Source: Gammaproteobacteria bacterium
Lineage (GTDB): Bacteria; Pseudomonadota; Gammaproteobacteria; Burkholderiales; Rhodocyclaceae
Assembly: GCA_018819515.1 (NCBI GenBank)
Contig: JAHJPX010000003.1
Span: 56,588-120,587 of the forward strand
DNA length: 64,000 nucleotides
Direction of reading: 5' to 3'
Under the pieces are notes generated by a model. The model ran no database searches. It saw only the letters and a program-made list of their open reading frames with translations, and had not been told where the DNA came from. This document shows, one piece after another, positions 21,753-32,204 of this stretch (its first letter is position 1; the number at the start of each line of letters is the position of its first letter). The translations under genes and the position numbers were made by a program.

Positions 21753-23054
21753 ATGTTCGAGATCGTCTCCACGCTGGATTTGAAGCTCGGCATGTTTGTC
21801 GCCGACCTGGATCGTCCATGGCTGGAGTCTCCCTTTCTCCTGCAAGGCTTCCTCATCGAGGAAGACGAACAGATCGCGACCTTGCGGGACTTGTGTCGCT
21901 TCGTCACCGTGGACCGGACGCGTTCGATCGGCAATGAATATCGCGCCGACGCGCTGTTCGTCCCGGAAAAGCGCACGCCGATCAAGCCGCCGCCCCGGAT
22001 CATCCAGTACGAGAGCAAGAAGAAGCTCAAGCTGCCGCCGCTGGCCGTGAGCGTCGAGCGCGGGCTGGGGCGCCACAAGTTTCCCACCGTCGCCTATGTT
22101 GACGAAATCCGCATCGAGGAAGAACTGCCGGCGGCGGAAGCCAGCTTTGGGAACGCGCAGGATCTGCTCGAGGACATCAACGAGCAGGTATCGGCCGGCA
22201 AGGTGCCCGATATCGAGCATGTCGAGAGCACGGTCGACGGCCTGGTCGAGTGCGTGGTGCGCAATGCCGATGCGCTGCTGTGGATGTCGAAGCTCAAGCG
22301 CACCGACAACGAAACCTACGATCACGCCCTCAGCGTTTCCATCCATCTGATGGCGTTCGGCCGCAATCTCGGTTTGCCGCCCGACGACCTTCACCATCTC
22401 GGCATGGGCGGCCTGCTCAAGGACGTCGGTTTCATCCAGCTGCCGGCCGAGCTGATCCACAAGCCGAGCGGCCTGACGCCAGTCGAGCGAGCCCGGATGC
22501 GCCAGCACGTGCAGATGGGCTGCGAGTTGCTGGCCCGGGATTTCCCCATGCCGGACGCAGTGTTCGACATCATCGTCAAGCACCACGAGCGCATCGACGG
22601 CAGCGGCTACCCGGCGCACCTCACCGGCGAGGAGATCGGACTCTTTCCGGAGATGGCCGGTCTGGTCGACAGTTATTGCGCGATGTCCTATCCGCGCGCA
22701 TTCCGTCCGGCACGCAATCCACACTGGGTGATCGACGAGATCAATGCAATGCGCGACGTGAGTTTCACGGACTCGGTGGTCGACGAGTTCGTCCAGTTCG
22801 TCGGGCTTTATCCCGTCGGTACCCTGGTCGAACTGAACAGCGGGGAAGTCGGCGTGGTGTTCGAACAGAATCGGGTGCGCCGACTCAAGCCGCGCGTGAT
22901 GGTGTTGCTGGGACCGGACAAAACGCGCAATCCTTCGCCGGGTATCGTCAACCTGCTTACCGATCCCATGGTGCGCGAAGGCTTGCCCTATCGGATCGTT
23001 CGCGTACTGCCGGCCGGATCGTTCGGGCTTGATTCCAGGGAGTTCTACTTTTGA
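21753..23054 (+). CDS. HD-GYP domain c-di-GMP phosphodiesterase
   Basis: 433-aa ORF. N-terminus MFEIVSTLDLKLGMFVADLDRPW (DUF3391-like), HD block (HALSVS..LLKDVG) and HHERIDGSGYP. Confidence 0.85.
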   Translation: MFEIVSTLDLKLGMFVADLDRPWLESPFLLQGFLIEEDEQIATLRDLCRFVTVDRTRSIGNEYRADALFVPEKRTPIKPPPRIIQYESKKKLKLPPLAVSVERGLGRHKFPTVAYVDEIRIEEELPAAEASFGNAQDLLEDINEQVSAGKVPDIEHVESTVDGLVECVVRNADALLWMSKLKRTDNETYDHALSVSIHLMAFGRNLGLPPDDLHHLGMGGLLKDVGFIQLPAELIHKPSGLTPVERARMRQHVQMGCELLARDFPMPDAVFDIIVKHHERIDGSGYPAHLTGEEIGLFPEMAGLVDSYCAMSYPRAFRPARNPHWVIDEINAMRDVSFTDSVVDEFVQFVGLYPVGTLVELNSGEVGVVFEQNRVRRLKPRVMVLLGPDKTRNPSPGIVNLLTDPMVREGLPYRIVRVLPAGSFGLDSREFYF

Positions 23055-24856
23055 TCATCCGACCGCAGGGGAACGACTCGGGTTTATTGCCGCGATCATG
23101 GGCTACCGCCGAAGTCGACGACGACCATTTGTTGCGTTTCGGACTCGATGCGCGCGCCAGATCGGGGCTGCACGCCTGTTTCCGCCGCACTGACGGCGAG
23201 GATGCGGCGTCCCGGCGCGGTGAGGCCCTGTTCACGGCCTTGACCGAGTCCGACGTGCATAGCGCTGCCGACAATGTTGCCCTGCGGCAGTTCATCGACG
23301 TGTTCGCCGAGATGCCGGAGGTCGATTTCTCGCCCGAGTGGCTGGAGCGGCTGGAAAGCCGGTGGCGCCAGTTGCGACAGGCCGGTTGCAGCGAAGACAT
23401 GCCGTTGCGCGTGGTCCAGGCGATGGTTGTCCATGCCAGCCGGGAACTGCTTGCGGGACGATCGGCACTGTCCGCGCTGGAAGTCGAAATCGTCACCGCG
23501 CTGTCGGCAGGTGGTATCTGCATTGCCGAGAGCCTGACGCGCGCGGGGCGGCGCGAGTCGTGTGCGGCCGTGATCGACAACCTGACCGCGATCGGCGCCG
23601 GAGACGTGCTGCTTGAAGGCCTGTCCGCGGCGCTTCGGGAGGCCGGCGGCAAGGATGTGGGGCTGTTGTCCGTGCGCCTGCGCATGCGTTCGGGAACGCT
23701 GACGCTGGGGCGGGATCAGCGCGACGTGCTGATGGATGCCGCTGTCCAGCGGATTGGCGCGGCGATGCGGGCGGAGGATGTCGTCGTCCGTACCGACCTG
23801 CATTCCTGCGCGGTGATACTGACCAACCTGCAGACGCATGCGCAAGTGCAATTGGCTGCGGCCAAGGTTTCGCAATTGCTGGAACAGCCGTTGCCGGTAC
23901 AGGGCACGAATGTGCGCGCCACGTTCCTGGTCGGCGCCGTATGGGCGCCGGCGCATGGAGAGTCCGCCGAGGAGCTTATTCGCTGTGCCGACATCTCTAT
24001 CGAGGCGGCCGATCGCGAAGATCGGTCGATCGTGCTTTTCGACGACCGGATGCTGGCCGCGGCCCGTCACGAGGCAATGATCGAAAAAGAGTTCGTGGTC
24101 GCCATGGAGAATGGTCAGCTTCAGGCGCATGTGCAACCTCAGATCGATCTCGCTTCGTGGCGATGCATTGGCGGCGAAGTGCTGCTGCGCTGGACCGATA
24201 GCGCCGGCAATGAGGTGCCCGCGGCGAGCATTCCCGAGGTGGCCCTGCGTGTCGGCGCGGCGGCACAGCTCACCCGCTGGCTGGTATTCGGCGCTTGCCG
24301 GGTACTCAACGACCTGGTCAAGGCGGGCATCGACATGCAACTGAGCGTGAACCTGATGGCTCGCGATGTGATGGATCCGGAGTTACCCTTGCTCGTCGAG
24401 CAGGCGATCAAGTTCTGGCGCGTACCCCCGGAAAAACTGGTCTTCGAACTGATCGAGAGCGCCGTCCTTGAAGATCCCGGCGTTGGCGCCGAGGTGATGA
24501 CCCGGCTGATCGAACTTGGCGTTTCGACGTCGATCGACGACTTCGGCATCGGCTACTCGTCGATTCTCTACCTGCGGCGTTTACCACTGGACGAACTGAA
24601 AATCGACAGGGCTTTTGTGGATGTCATGTTCCGCTCCAATGAAGACCGGGAAATTGTCGCGACGCTGATCCGGCTGGCGCATGGTCTCGGCCTGCATGTC
24701 GTCGCCGAAGGCGTCGAGAATGAGGAGACCATGAATTTGTTGTGCGAAATGGGGTGCGATCGCGCCCAGGGCTACTGGATCAGTCGCGCCATGCCGGCAA
24801 GTGCTTTGCCGGAATGGTTCGAGAACTGGAATCGGCGACACGCTTCTGCCGACTGA
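23051..24856 (+). CDS. EAL-domain protein with degenerate GGDEF-like middle domain
   Basis: 601-aa ORF with a TTG start overlapping the upstream stop. EAL-type blocks EVLLRW, ELIESAV, DDFGIGYSS and KIDRAFV. No intact GGDEF motif seen. Confidence 0.75.
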   Translation: MIIRPQGNDSGLLPRSWATAEVDDDHLLRFGLDARARSGLHACFRRTDGEDAASRRGEALFTALTESDVHSAADNVALRQFIDVFAEMPEVDFSPEWLERLESRWRQLRQAGCSEDMPLRVVQAMVVHASRELLAGRSALSALEVEIVTALSAGGICIAESLTRAGRRESCAAVIDNLTAIGAGDVLLEGLSAALREAGGKDVGLLSVRLRMRSGTLTLGRDQRDVLMDAAVQRIGAAMRAEDVVVRTDLHSCAVILTNLQTHAQVQLAAAKVSQLLEQPLPVQGTNVRATFLVGAVWAPAHGESAEELIRCADISIEAADREDRSIVLFDDRMLAAARHEAMIEKEFVVAMENGQLQAHVQPQIDLASWRCIGGEVLLRWTDSAGNEVPAASIPEVALRVGAAAQLTRWLVFGACRVLNDLVKAGIDMQLSVNLMARDVMDPELPLLVEQAIKFWRVPPEKLVFELIESAVLEDPGVGAEVMTRLIELGVSTSIDDFGIGYSSILYLRRLPLDELKIDRAFVDVMFRSNEDREIVATLIRLAHGLGLHVVAEGVENEETMNLLCEMGCDRAQGYWISRAMPASALPEWFENWNRRHASAD

Positions 24857-24862
24857 GATTGT

Positions 24863-25708
24863 CTAGCCCTGGCCACCTTCCGTAAGATCAAAGCGGGCGT
24901 CGTGATCGATCGCCAACGCGTCGGCCAGAAACGGGAGCACTCCGTGCAAGGTTTCGGCCAGCGTCCATGGCGGGTTGACGAGGAACACGCCGCTGCCATG
25001 CATTCCAAAGCCGTCCGCCTGGGGCGCCTTCACGGTGAGACGGGCGTCTAGCCACTTCGGCGCCAGCTTTTTGAGCTTTTCCGGCAATTCGCGCGCGTCG
25101 CCGCGCTGAAGTTGCGGATACCAGACGGCGAAGGTTCCGGTCGCGAAGCGCGAAATTCCTTCCTTGAGGGCGGCGACTACGCGCACGTAGTCGCGCTTGT
25201 CCTCGTAGGCGGGATCGATCAGCACCAATCCGCGCCGCGGGGGCGGCGGTAAAACGGACTTGATTTCATGGAAGCCGTCGGCCTGACGAATCGCGACGCG
25301 GGCGCCGGCCTTGGCGAAGGTCTTCTCCAGCTGGCGGACGTCGCTACCGTGAAGTTCGAACAGTCGCAGGCGATCTTCAATGCGCATGTTTTCATAGGCG
25401 AGCCATGGCGAGCCGGGATAATGGCGCAGTCGGCCGTCCGAATTCATGGCGCGCACCTGGGCGACGTAGGCTGCGACGGCGGCCGGCAGGCCGTCATCCT
25501 GCCAGAGTCGCCCGATCCCGGTTTCGAACTCCGCCGTTTTCACCGCTTGTTCGGAGTCGAGCAGGTAGCGGCCCGCGCCGGCATGCGTGTCGACGAACCA
25601 GTATGGCTTCTCCTTTTGGTTCATGTGGCCGAGCAGTTGCAGCAGGATGCAGTGCTTGAGGACATCGGCGTGGTTGCCGGCGTGAAAGGCGTGGCGATAA
25701 CTGAGCAT
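24863..25708 (-). CDS. rlmJ: 23S rRNA (adenine2030-N6)-methyltransferase
   Basis: Internal Met of track ORF 24863..25867. MLSYRHAFHAGNHADVLKH is the RlmJ N-terminus. Confidence 0.85.
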   Translation of the reverse strand: MLSYRHAFHAGNHADVLKHCILLQLLGHMNQKEKPYWFVDTHAGAGRYLLDSEQAVKTAEFETGIGRLWQDDGLPAAVAAYVAQVRAMNSDGRLRHYPGSPWLAYENMRIEDRLRLFELHGSDVRQLEKTFAKAGARVAIRQADGFHEIKSVLPPPPRRGLVLIDPAYEDKRDYVRVVAALKEGISRFATGTFAVWYPQLQRGDARELPEKLKKLAPKWLDARLTVKAPQADGFGMHGSGVFLVNPPWTLAETLHGVLPFLADALAIDHDARFDLTEGGQG

Positions 25709-25743
25709 GCGTGGGCGCGACGGGCGGGCGGTAGAATCGTGGC

Positions 25744-26604
25744 ATGAATGATACGTCAGCCCCGCCGCCGGGACGCCCTGGGGCGGGCGCGAAGATTCGC
25801 GTTCGCAGGGCGAACGCCGATACCGGTGCCCGGCCGGGACAGCCTCCCGCCGTCGCGCGCTCCGCACAGACCGCGGAGGGGGGGGAACGCGTTTCCAAAT
25901 TGATGGCCGCGCGCGGGCTTTGCTCGCGGCGGGAGGCCGACGCCTACATCGAGCAGGGTCTGGTGTTCGTCAACGGCGAACGGGTGACTCAGTTGGGAAC
26001 GCGGGCGGCGCCTGACGCTGCGATTACGATGGCCGGCGAGGCCCGGGCGCGGCAGGAAAACCAGGCGACGATCCTGTTGCACAAACCCGTCGGTTACGTC
26101 TCCGGCCAGGCCGAGGACGGCTACAAGCCCGCTGTGACGCTGATTTCGGCACGCAGCCAATGGGCGGAGGACCGCGGTCGACGTTTCCAGCCGGCCTGCC
26201 TGAAAGGGCTCGCGCCCGCCGGACGGCTCGACATCGATTCGACGGGACTACTCGTGCTGACGCAGGACGGTCGTGTCGCCCGGCAGCTGATCGGCGAGGA
26301 TTCGAGCGTCGAAAAGGAATACCTGGTGCGCGTTTCGGGTACGCTGGACGAACGCGGATTGAAGCTGCTCAATCACGGCCTGTCGCTGGACGACCGGCAA
26401 CTGCGGCCGGCGCGCGTCGAGCGGTTGAACGAGGATCAGTTGCGTTTTGTGCTGCGCGAAGGCCGCAAGCGGCAGATTCGTCGCATGTGCGAACTGGTCG
26501 GACTGAAGGTGACCGGCCTCAAGCGGGTACGTATCGGCAGGGTGTGCCTGGGGGATCTGCCGCCCGGCCAATGGCGCTTTCTGAAAAAAGGGGAACGATT
26601 CTGA
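25744..26604 (+). CDS. rRNA pseudouridine synthase (RsuA/RluF family) with S4 domain
   Basis: 286-aa ORF with an S4 block ([22 protein letters not shown]) and catalytic [17 protein letters not shown]. The exact start is uncertain. Confidence 0.8.
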   Translation: MNDTSAPPPGRPGAGAKIRVRRANADTGARPGQPPAVARSAQTAEGGERVSKLMAARGLCSRREADAYIEQGLVFVNGERVTQLGTRAAPDAAITMAGEARARQENQATILLHKPVGYVSGQAEDGYKPAVTLISARSQWAEDRGRRFQPACLKGLAPAGRLDIDSTGLLVLTQDGRVARQLIGEDSSVEKEYLVRVSGTLDERGLKLLNHGLSLDDRQLRPARVERLNEDQLRFVLREGRKRQIRRMCELVGLKVTGLKRVRIGRVCLGDLPPGQWRFLKKGERF

Positions 26605-27647
26605 TGGACGACGCAAACAGCAATTCCGGCGCCGGATGCGAGGCGTCGCCACTTCGTCCGGACATCACGCCGAGTGCGATCGTCAGATACCTTGACCAGT
26701 ACGTCATCGGCCAGGACGAGGCCAAAAAGACCATGGCGGTCGCTGTCTACGCGCATTACCGCAAGGTGGGGCCCGCCCGGGCCGAAGCCGCGACGACCAC
26801 CAAGAGCAACGTGCTGATGGTCGGACCGACCGGAACGGGCAAGACGCTGATGTGCGAAACGCTGTCGCGCGCCATCGACGTGCCCTTCGTTACCGCCGAT
26901 GCGCCGTCGCTGGCGCAGACGCAGTATGTCGGCGACGAAATCGAGGCCATGCTGGAACGGCTGGTCGACCGGGCCGATGGCGACGTTCTGCGGGCACGAC
27001 GTGGCATCATCTTCATCGACGAAGTCGACAAACTCAAGGCGGTCGGTGGTCAGGGACGCGGCGTCAGTGGCGAAGCGGTGCAGAACGCGCTGCTCAAGAT
27101 CATGGAGGGTGCGCCGGTCAAGTTGCGCGACGGGCGTTACATCGACACGACGGACGTCCTGTTCATATGTGGCGGCGCCTTTGTCGGACTCGACCAGATT
27201 CTCACCCGCACCCATTCATTCGGCTTCATTGCCACTTCGGACGGCGAAAACCAGCGCATTCTCGATCGCCTCAACGCGCGGGTGAAGCCGACCGATCTCT
27301 TCGAGTTCGGGCTGATTCCGGAATTCGCCGGTCGCCTGCCCGTTGTAGCCCGTTTGGGCGACTTGTCGCGTGAGATGCTGATGCGCATCCTGGCCGAACC
27401 GCGCGACGCGATCTACAGGCAGTTTCGGGAACTGTTTCGCGCGGAAGGCGTCGATCTGGTTGTCGAGCCGCAGGTGATCGGCCAGATTGCCGATCTGGCG
27501 ATCGAATACAAGATAGGTGCACGTAGTCTGCGCGGCATTTTCGAGGAAATGATCACGCCGGCGCTGTACGTGGTTCCGGACCGCAAGGACATTCGGCGGG
27601 TGGTGTTCCGCTCGCTGTTCGAGGACGCGGACTTCGTCTGTGGCTGA
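26604..27647 (+). CDS. ClpX-like AAA+ ATPase lacking the N-terminal zinc-finger domain
   Basis: Internal Met of track ORF 26160..27647 (TGATG overlap with the upstream stop). Has LDQYVIGQDEAKK, Walker A GPTGTGKT and Walker B IIFIDEVDK. No CxxC zinc module. Confidence 0.7.
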   Translation: MDDANSNSGAGCEASPLRPDITPSAIVRYLDQYVIGQDEAKKTMAVAVYAHYRKVGPARAEAATTTKSNVLMVGPTGTGKTLMCETLSRAIDVPFVTADAPSLAQTQYVGDEIEAMLERLVDRADGDVLRARRGIIFIDEVDKLKAVGGQGRGVSGEAVQNALLKIMEGAPVKLRDGRYIDTTDVLFICGGAFVGLDQILTRTHSFGFIATSDGENQRILDRLNARVKPTDLFEFGLIPEFAGRLPVVARLGDLSREMLMRILAEPRDAIYRQFRELFRAEGVDLVVEPQVIGQIADLAIEYKIGARSLRGIFEEMITPALYVVPDRKDIRRVVFRSLFEDADFVCG

Positions 27648-27707
27648 AACAGGCGGTAGAATGCACATTCAAGCCATGGGCGGCGAATATGTCGCCGGCC
27701 GATATCC

Positions 27708-27736
27708 GAAGGCGAACCATGGTTCGCCTTTTCTCA
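27708..27736 (+). terminator. Rho-independent terminator candidate
   Basis: GAAGGCGAACC-AT-GGTTCGCCTT inverted repeat followed by TTCTC, 60 nt after the ClpX-like stop. Confidence 0.6.
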
Positions 27737-27748
27737 TGAAAGTCGAGC

Positions 27749-29650
27749 ATGTTCGATAGCGTTCGTAACAACAAGAAGATCGTCCAGGTCATTCTGGCCC
27801 TGATCATCCTGCCTTTCGCCTTCTGGGGGGTCGAGTCCTACATCAGCAATGCCGGCGGCGGCAGCGATACGGTAGCGACCGTCGGCAGCAGCAAGATATC
27901 GCGCGCCGAGTTTCTGGAAGCGCTGCGCGAGCAGCAGGATCGACTGCGCCCGGCGCTCGGCGGGCGCGACCCGGCGCTGCTCGACAGCCCGGAATTGCGG
28001 CGCGCCGTGCTGGACAATCTGATTCAGCGCCGCCTGATGGACATGCACGCGGCCAGCCTGAAGCTGTCGGTAAGCAACGAGCAACTGGCGGGTTTCATCG
28101 CGTCGGTGCCGCAGTTGCAGGAGGATGGAAAGTTTTCGCCACAGCGTTATGAACAACTGATCGCGGCGCAGGGCAAGAGCAAGGCGATGTTCGAATTCGA
28201 GGTCCGGCACGACATGACCATCCAGCAGGCGATCGCCGCGGTCGGCAACGCTTCGCTGGTCAGCCGCGCGGGCGCCGATCGCTGGCTTGCGGCCCAATTG
28301 GAAGAGCGCACGGTCAGCGAGTTTCTCTTGCACCCGGATCCCTTTCTGGTCAAGGCGAAGGTGACTCCCGACGCCGTCAAGGCCTACTACGAAGCGAATC
28401 TAAAAAAGTTCGAGCTGCCTGAGCAAGTGCGTGTCGAGTACGTTGTCCTGAGCCGAGCCAAGCTGGCCGAGCAGGTCTCTGTCAGCAATGACGAGATCAA
28501 GGAATGGTATGCGGCGCATCCCGAGCGCTACCAGCAGCCGGAAGAGCGTCGCGCCAGTCATATTCTGGTCGCGCTCGACGCCAAGGCCCCTGACAAGGAC
28601 GTCAAGGCGGCGGAAGCGAAGGCAGCGGAGGTGCTGGCCGAAGTGAAAAAGGCGCCCGGTGACTTCGGGCGCCTGGCGCAACAGTACTCGCAGGATCCCG
28701 GTTCCGCCGCAAGGGGTGGCGATCTCGACTGGTTTGGCCGTGGCGCCATGGTCAAGGCGTTCGAAGACGCGGTGTTCTCGATGAAGGAGGGGCAGGTGTC
28801 GGACGTGGTGCGTTCGGACTTCGGCCTGCACATCATCAAGTTAACGGGTATTCACCCCGAGCGCAGTCGGTCGCTCAGTGAGGTGAGTGGCGAGATCACC
28901 GCGGAATTGAAGGCGCAGAAGGCAGCGAAGGAATACGCCGAGCTCGCGGAGTCGTTCAGTAATATGGTTTATGAACAGCCCGACAGTCTGGCGCCCGCCG
29001 CCGAGAAGTTCAAGCTTGTCATCGAGAATAGCGACTGGCTGGCGAAGGGCGGGAATGCCGGTGCGCCGTTTTCGGACCCGAAGCTGATGGCTGCGCTGTT
29101 TTCCGACGACGCGATCAAGGGCAAGCACAATACGGAGGCGATAGAGGTATCGCCGAACGTCCTGGTGTCGGCGCGCATCACCGAGCACAGGCCGGCCGCC
29201 CAGCAGCCTCTGGATACTGTGTCGCCAACGATCGCGAAGTTCCTTGCGCAGCAGGAGGCTGTCCAACTGGCAATCAAGGATGGCGAACAGAAGCTGGCGG
29301 CTCTGCTCAAGGGCGAGAAGGTAAATATCGCATGGGGCAAACCGCAGACGGTGATCAAGGGCATGCCTGGCGATATGCCGGCGATGGCGGTCGACGCCAT
29401 GTTCAAGGCCGACGTGGCCAAACTGCCGGCCTATTCGGGCGCGGCGGGATCCGGCGGCTATGCGTTGTTCCGCGTCTCACAGGTGAAACGCTTCGATGCG
29501 GATGCGCCCGAAACTCCGCAGGCACGCGCGATGCGCGGCGAATATGCGCGGCTGGTGGCGGAAGAGGAGTTCTCCGCCTGGCTGGCGAATCTGCGGAGCC
29601 TGTATCCGATCGAGGTCAACGAGGCCGCGCTCGACCGTCGGGAAGGTTAG
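27749..29650 (+). CDS. ppiD: Periplasmic folding chaperone PpiD (PPIC-type PPIase domain)
   Basis: 633-aa ORF with an N-terminal membrane anchor ([23 protein letters not shown]) and a parvulin block (ASHILV...[19 protein letters not shown]). Confidence 0.85.
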   Translation: MFDSVRNNKKIVQVILALIILPFAFWGVESYISNAGGGSDTVATVGSSKISRAEFLEALREQQDRLRPALGGRDPALLDSPELRRAVLDNLIQRRLMDMHAASLKLSVSNEQLAGFIASVPQLQEDGKFSPQRYEQLIAAQGKSKAMFEFEVRHDMTIQQAIAAVGNASLVSRAGADRWLAAQLEERTVSEFLLHPDPFLVKAKVTPDAVKAYYEANLKKFELPEQVRVEYVVLSRAKLAEQVSVSNDEIKEWYAAHPERYQQPEERRASHILVALDAKAPDKDVKAAEAKAAEVLAEVKKAPGDFGRLAQQYSQDPGSAARGGDLDWFGRGAMVKAFEDAVFSMKEGQVSDVVRSDFGLHIIKLTGIHPERSRSLSEVSGEITAELKAQKAAKEYAELAESFSNMVYEQPDSLAPAAEKFKLVIENSDWLAKGGNAGAPFSDPKLMAALFSDDAIKGKHNTEAIEVSPNVLVSARITEHRPAAQQPLDTVSPTIAKFLAQQEAVQLAIKDGEQKLAALLKGEKVNIAWGKPQTVIKGMPGDMPAMAVDAMFKADVAKLPAYSGAAGSGGYALFRVSQVKRFDADAPETPQARAMRGEYARLVAEEEFSAWLANLRSLYPIEVNEAALDRREG

Positions 29651-30447
29651 GCGGGCATCGGATCGGCGTTGCCGAGGGCGGTGGTGTTCAAGCCACCGTC
29701 CACATACATGATTTCCCCGGTAATGCCGCTGGCCAGGTCGGAAAGCATGAACGCCGCGGCATTGCCGACTTCCTCGATGGTGACGTTGCGCCGCAGCGGT
29801 GCGTGGTGGGAGTTGTAGGCCAGCAGCTTGCCGAAGTTGCCGATGCCCGAGGCCGCCAGAGTCTTGATCGGGCCAGCCGAAATGGCGTTGGCGCGAATTC
29901 CCTGCGGGCCGAGGCAGAACGCCAGATAGCGCGTCGCTGCTTCCAGGCTGGCCTTGGCCAGACCCATGGTGTTGTAGTTGGGCATGGTGCGCTCGGCGCC
30001 GAGATAAGTGAGCGCCAGCAGGGCCGGTTTGTTCCCCTTCAGGAGCAGTGGCCGGGCAGCTTTGGCCAGCGCCGGATAGCTGTACGACGATACGTCGTGG
30101 GCGATACGGAAGGATTCGCGGGAAATGCCATCGAGAAAGTCGCCTTCGATGGCTTCGGTCGGTGCATAGGCGATCGAATGCACGAGGCCATCGAGGCCTT
30201 CCCAGCCTTTGCCCAGCTCCTCGAACAGGGCGTTGATTTGTTCGTCGTCCGAGACGTCGCAGGGAAATATCAGGTGGCTGCCAAGCTCATCGGCGAACTT
30301 GGCGAGGCGGTCCTTGAAGCGATCGTTCTGATAGGTGAATGCGAGGCGCGCGCCTTCGCGCTGGCAGGCCTTGGCGATGCCGTAGGCGATCGAGCGGTTG
30401 GACAGCAGACCGGTAATGAGAATGCGCTTGCCGGCTAGAAAGCCCAT
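29647..30447 (-). CDS. fabI: Enoyl-[acyl-carrier-protein] reductase (NADH)
   Basis: 266-aa [30 protein letters not shown] is the classic FabI N-terminus. Confidence 0.95.
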   Translation of the reverse strand: MGFLAGKRILITGLLSNRSIAYGIAKACQREGARLAFTYQNDRFKDRLAKFADELGSHLIFPCDVSDDEQINALFEELGKGWEGLDGLVHSIAYAPTEAIEGDFLDGISRESFRIAHDVSSYSYPALAKAARPLLLKGNKPALLALTYLGAERTMPNYNTMGLAKASLEAATRYLAFCLGPQGIRANAISAGPIKTLAASGIGNFGKLLAYNSHHAPLRRNVTIEEVGNAAAFMLSDLASGITGEIMYVDGGLNTTALGNADPMPA

Positions 30448-30652
30448 CGTTTTTCCCCTGTTGGTTGAACGGCGCGGATTATAGCGGATGCGATAAGCTG
30501 GCCCTTCATGCGAATCTTATCGACTGTCGCCGCCCAGCCGCTCTTGTCGCTTCTTTTCGCCCCGTGCGGCGGAGCTTTGGCTACCGGCCAGTCAGGCCCA
30601 TCGTTTGCCCGAAAAATTGCACCTATCCACGACATGATGTGGGTCGATACAT

Positions 30653-30668
30653 TGTGAAGTATACGACA
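30653..30668 (+). promoter_or_regulatory. NifA upstream activator sequence candidate (TGT-N10-ACA)
   Basis: TGTGAAGTATACGACA, about 50 nt upstream of the sigma54-type element before nifV. Confidence 0.5.
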
Positions 30669-30717
30669 AATAGCAGCATGACGATTGTAACATCATGAAG
30701 TAAAAGAGAATATTGCC

Positions 30718-30733
30718 AGGCATCGTATTTGCT
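30718..30733 (+). promoter_or_regulatory. sigma54 (-24/-12) promoter candidate for nifV
   Basis: AGGCATCGTATTTGCT has GG and GC 12 nt apart. It is very similar to the nifB element (TGGCATCGAGCTTGCA). It lies very close to the first ATG, so nifV may start at a downstream Met. Confidence 0.5.
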
Positions 30734-30744
30734 CACATTGAGGC

Positions 30745-31881
30745 ATGAATTCCTTGATGTCTTCTGCCATGTCGATCGTCGTAAACGACACCACGCTGCG
30801 CGACGGTGAGCAGTCGGCGGGCGTCGCGTTTTCGATCGACGAAAAGCTCGATATCGCCCGTCGCCTGGATGCGCTGGGTGTGCCCGAGATGGAAGTCGGC
30901 ATTCCGGCCATGGGCGCGACGGAGCGCGAGAGCATTCGCGCCGTGGCGAATCTCGGCCTATCGGCTCGGCTGATGGTCTGGAGCCGCATGCATACTGCCG
31001 ACATTGCGGCTTGCGCGGGGCTTGGTGCACAACTGATCGATATCTCGGTGCCGGCGTCGGATCAGCATCTGCGTTCCAAATTGCGCCGCGACCGCGACTG
31101 GCTGCTGGCGGAAATTCCGCGCCATGTCCGCTACGCGCTCGATCTTGGTCTCGACGTATGCATCGGCGGAGAAGATGCCTCGCGAGCCGACCTCGATTTT
31201 CTCAAGCGCATCGTCGAAGTCGCGCAGGCGGCCGGTGCGCGCCGCTTCCGTTTTGCCGATACGCTCGGCGTGCTCGATCCGTTCTCCACCTACGAGCGTA
31301 TCGGTGCCTTGCGCGCGGCCAGCGACATCGAGATCGAGATGCACGCGCATGACGATCTCGGCATGGCGACCGCCAATACCCTGGCGGCTGCCAAGGCCGG
31401 TGCCACGCATGTGAATACCACCGTCAACGGACTCGGCGAGCGGGCGGGCAACGCGCCGCTCGAAGAAGTCGTGATCGGTCTGCACCGCTGCCATGGCATT
31501 GAGACCGGAGTGGACCTGCGCGATTTTCCGCCGTTGTCGGCGCGTGTCGCCAGTGCTTCCGGCCGCCCGGTGGGCTGGCAGAAGAGCTTGGTCGGCGAGG
31601 GCGTGTTCACCCACGAAGCCGGCATCCATGTCGACGGCCTGATCAAGCATCCCGACAACTACCAGGGCTTCGATCCGCAACTGGTCGGGCGCGAACACCG
31701 CATCGTGCTTGGCAAACATTCCGGTCGCCGTGCCGTACAACTGGTCATGGCGCGCCTGGGCCGCCTGCTCGACGACGTTGAAGCCGATTCACTGCTCGAC
31801 CGCGTGCGCGGCTTTGTCGCCGCGTACAAGCGGCCGCCGACCGACCTCGAATTGCTGCAACGGCTGATGGAGGCATCATGA
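30745..31881 (+). CDS. nifV: Homocitrate synthase
   Basis: 378-aa ORF with [17 protein letters not shown] and an HxH metal site ([15 protein letters not shown]). Followed by nifW-nifZ-nifM. Confidence 0.9.
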   Translation: MNSLMSSAMSIVVNDTTLRDGEQSAGVAFSIDEKLDIARRLDALGVPEMEVGIPAMGATERESIRAVANLGLSARLMVWSRMHTADIAACAGLGAQLIDISVPASDQHLRSKLRRDRDWLLAEIPRHVRYALDLGLDVCIGGEDASRADLDFLKRIVEVAQAAGARRFRFADTLGVLDPFSTYERIGALRAASDIEIEMHAHDDLGMATANTLAAAKAGATHVNTTVNGLGERAGNAPLEEVVIGLHRCHGIETGVDLRDFPPLSARVASASGRPVGWQKSLVGEGVFTHEAGIHVDGLIKHPDNYQGFDPQLVGREHRIVLGKHSGRRAVQLVMARLGRLLDDVEADSLLDRVRGFVAAYKRPPTDLELLQRLMEAS

Positions 31882-32204
31882 GTACGGACCCATACGATTT
31901 CGAAGATGAAACCGCCGACTGCGAGAGCGCCGAGGATTTTCTCGAGCACTTCGCCATTCCCTTCGAGCGCGCGGTGGTACATGTCAATCGCCTGCACATC
32001 CTGCAGCGGTTCCACAACTATCTCGATGTGCATGCCACGGACGGTACGACCGGCTACGACGAATATCGCGGCTGGTTGCTGCGCGCCTACGAGGACTTCG
32101 TCCAGTCCGACGCGCTGACGGAAAAGGTGTTCAGCGTCCATCAACGCGCGGCCGGCATTGCCAAGGTTTCCATCGGCTCCATCGGACGCGGCAAGCCGAC
32201 ATGA
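31878..32204 (+). CDS. nifW: Nitrogenase-stabilizing/protective protein NifW
   Basis: 108-aa [36 protein letters not shown] is the NifW signature. 4-nt overlaps on both sides. Confidence 0.85.
   Translation: MSTDPYDFEDETADCESAEDFLEHFAIPFERAVVHVNRLHILQRFHNYLDVHATDGTTGYDEYRGWLLRAYEDFVQSDALTEKVFSVHQRAAGIAKVSIGSIGRGKPT

Noticed and set aside
18901-21819. 972-aa minus-strand ORF, and the 698-aa ORF at 19302-21398
   Set aside because: They are antisense to or out of frame with dnaE2, which is unambiguous. Their low-complexity Arg/Pro/Gly composition supports rejection.
30594-30608. Alternative sigma54-like element AGGCCCATCGTTTGC upstream of nifV
   Set aside because: It has GG/GC spacing of 12 but a poorer match to the consensus, and no TGT-N10-ACA was found upstream of it. 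The 30718 element resembles the nifB promoter much more closely.
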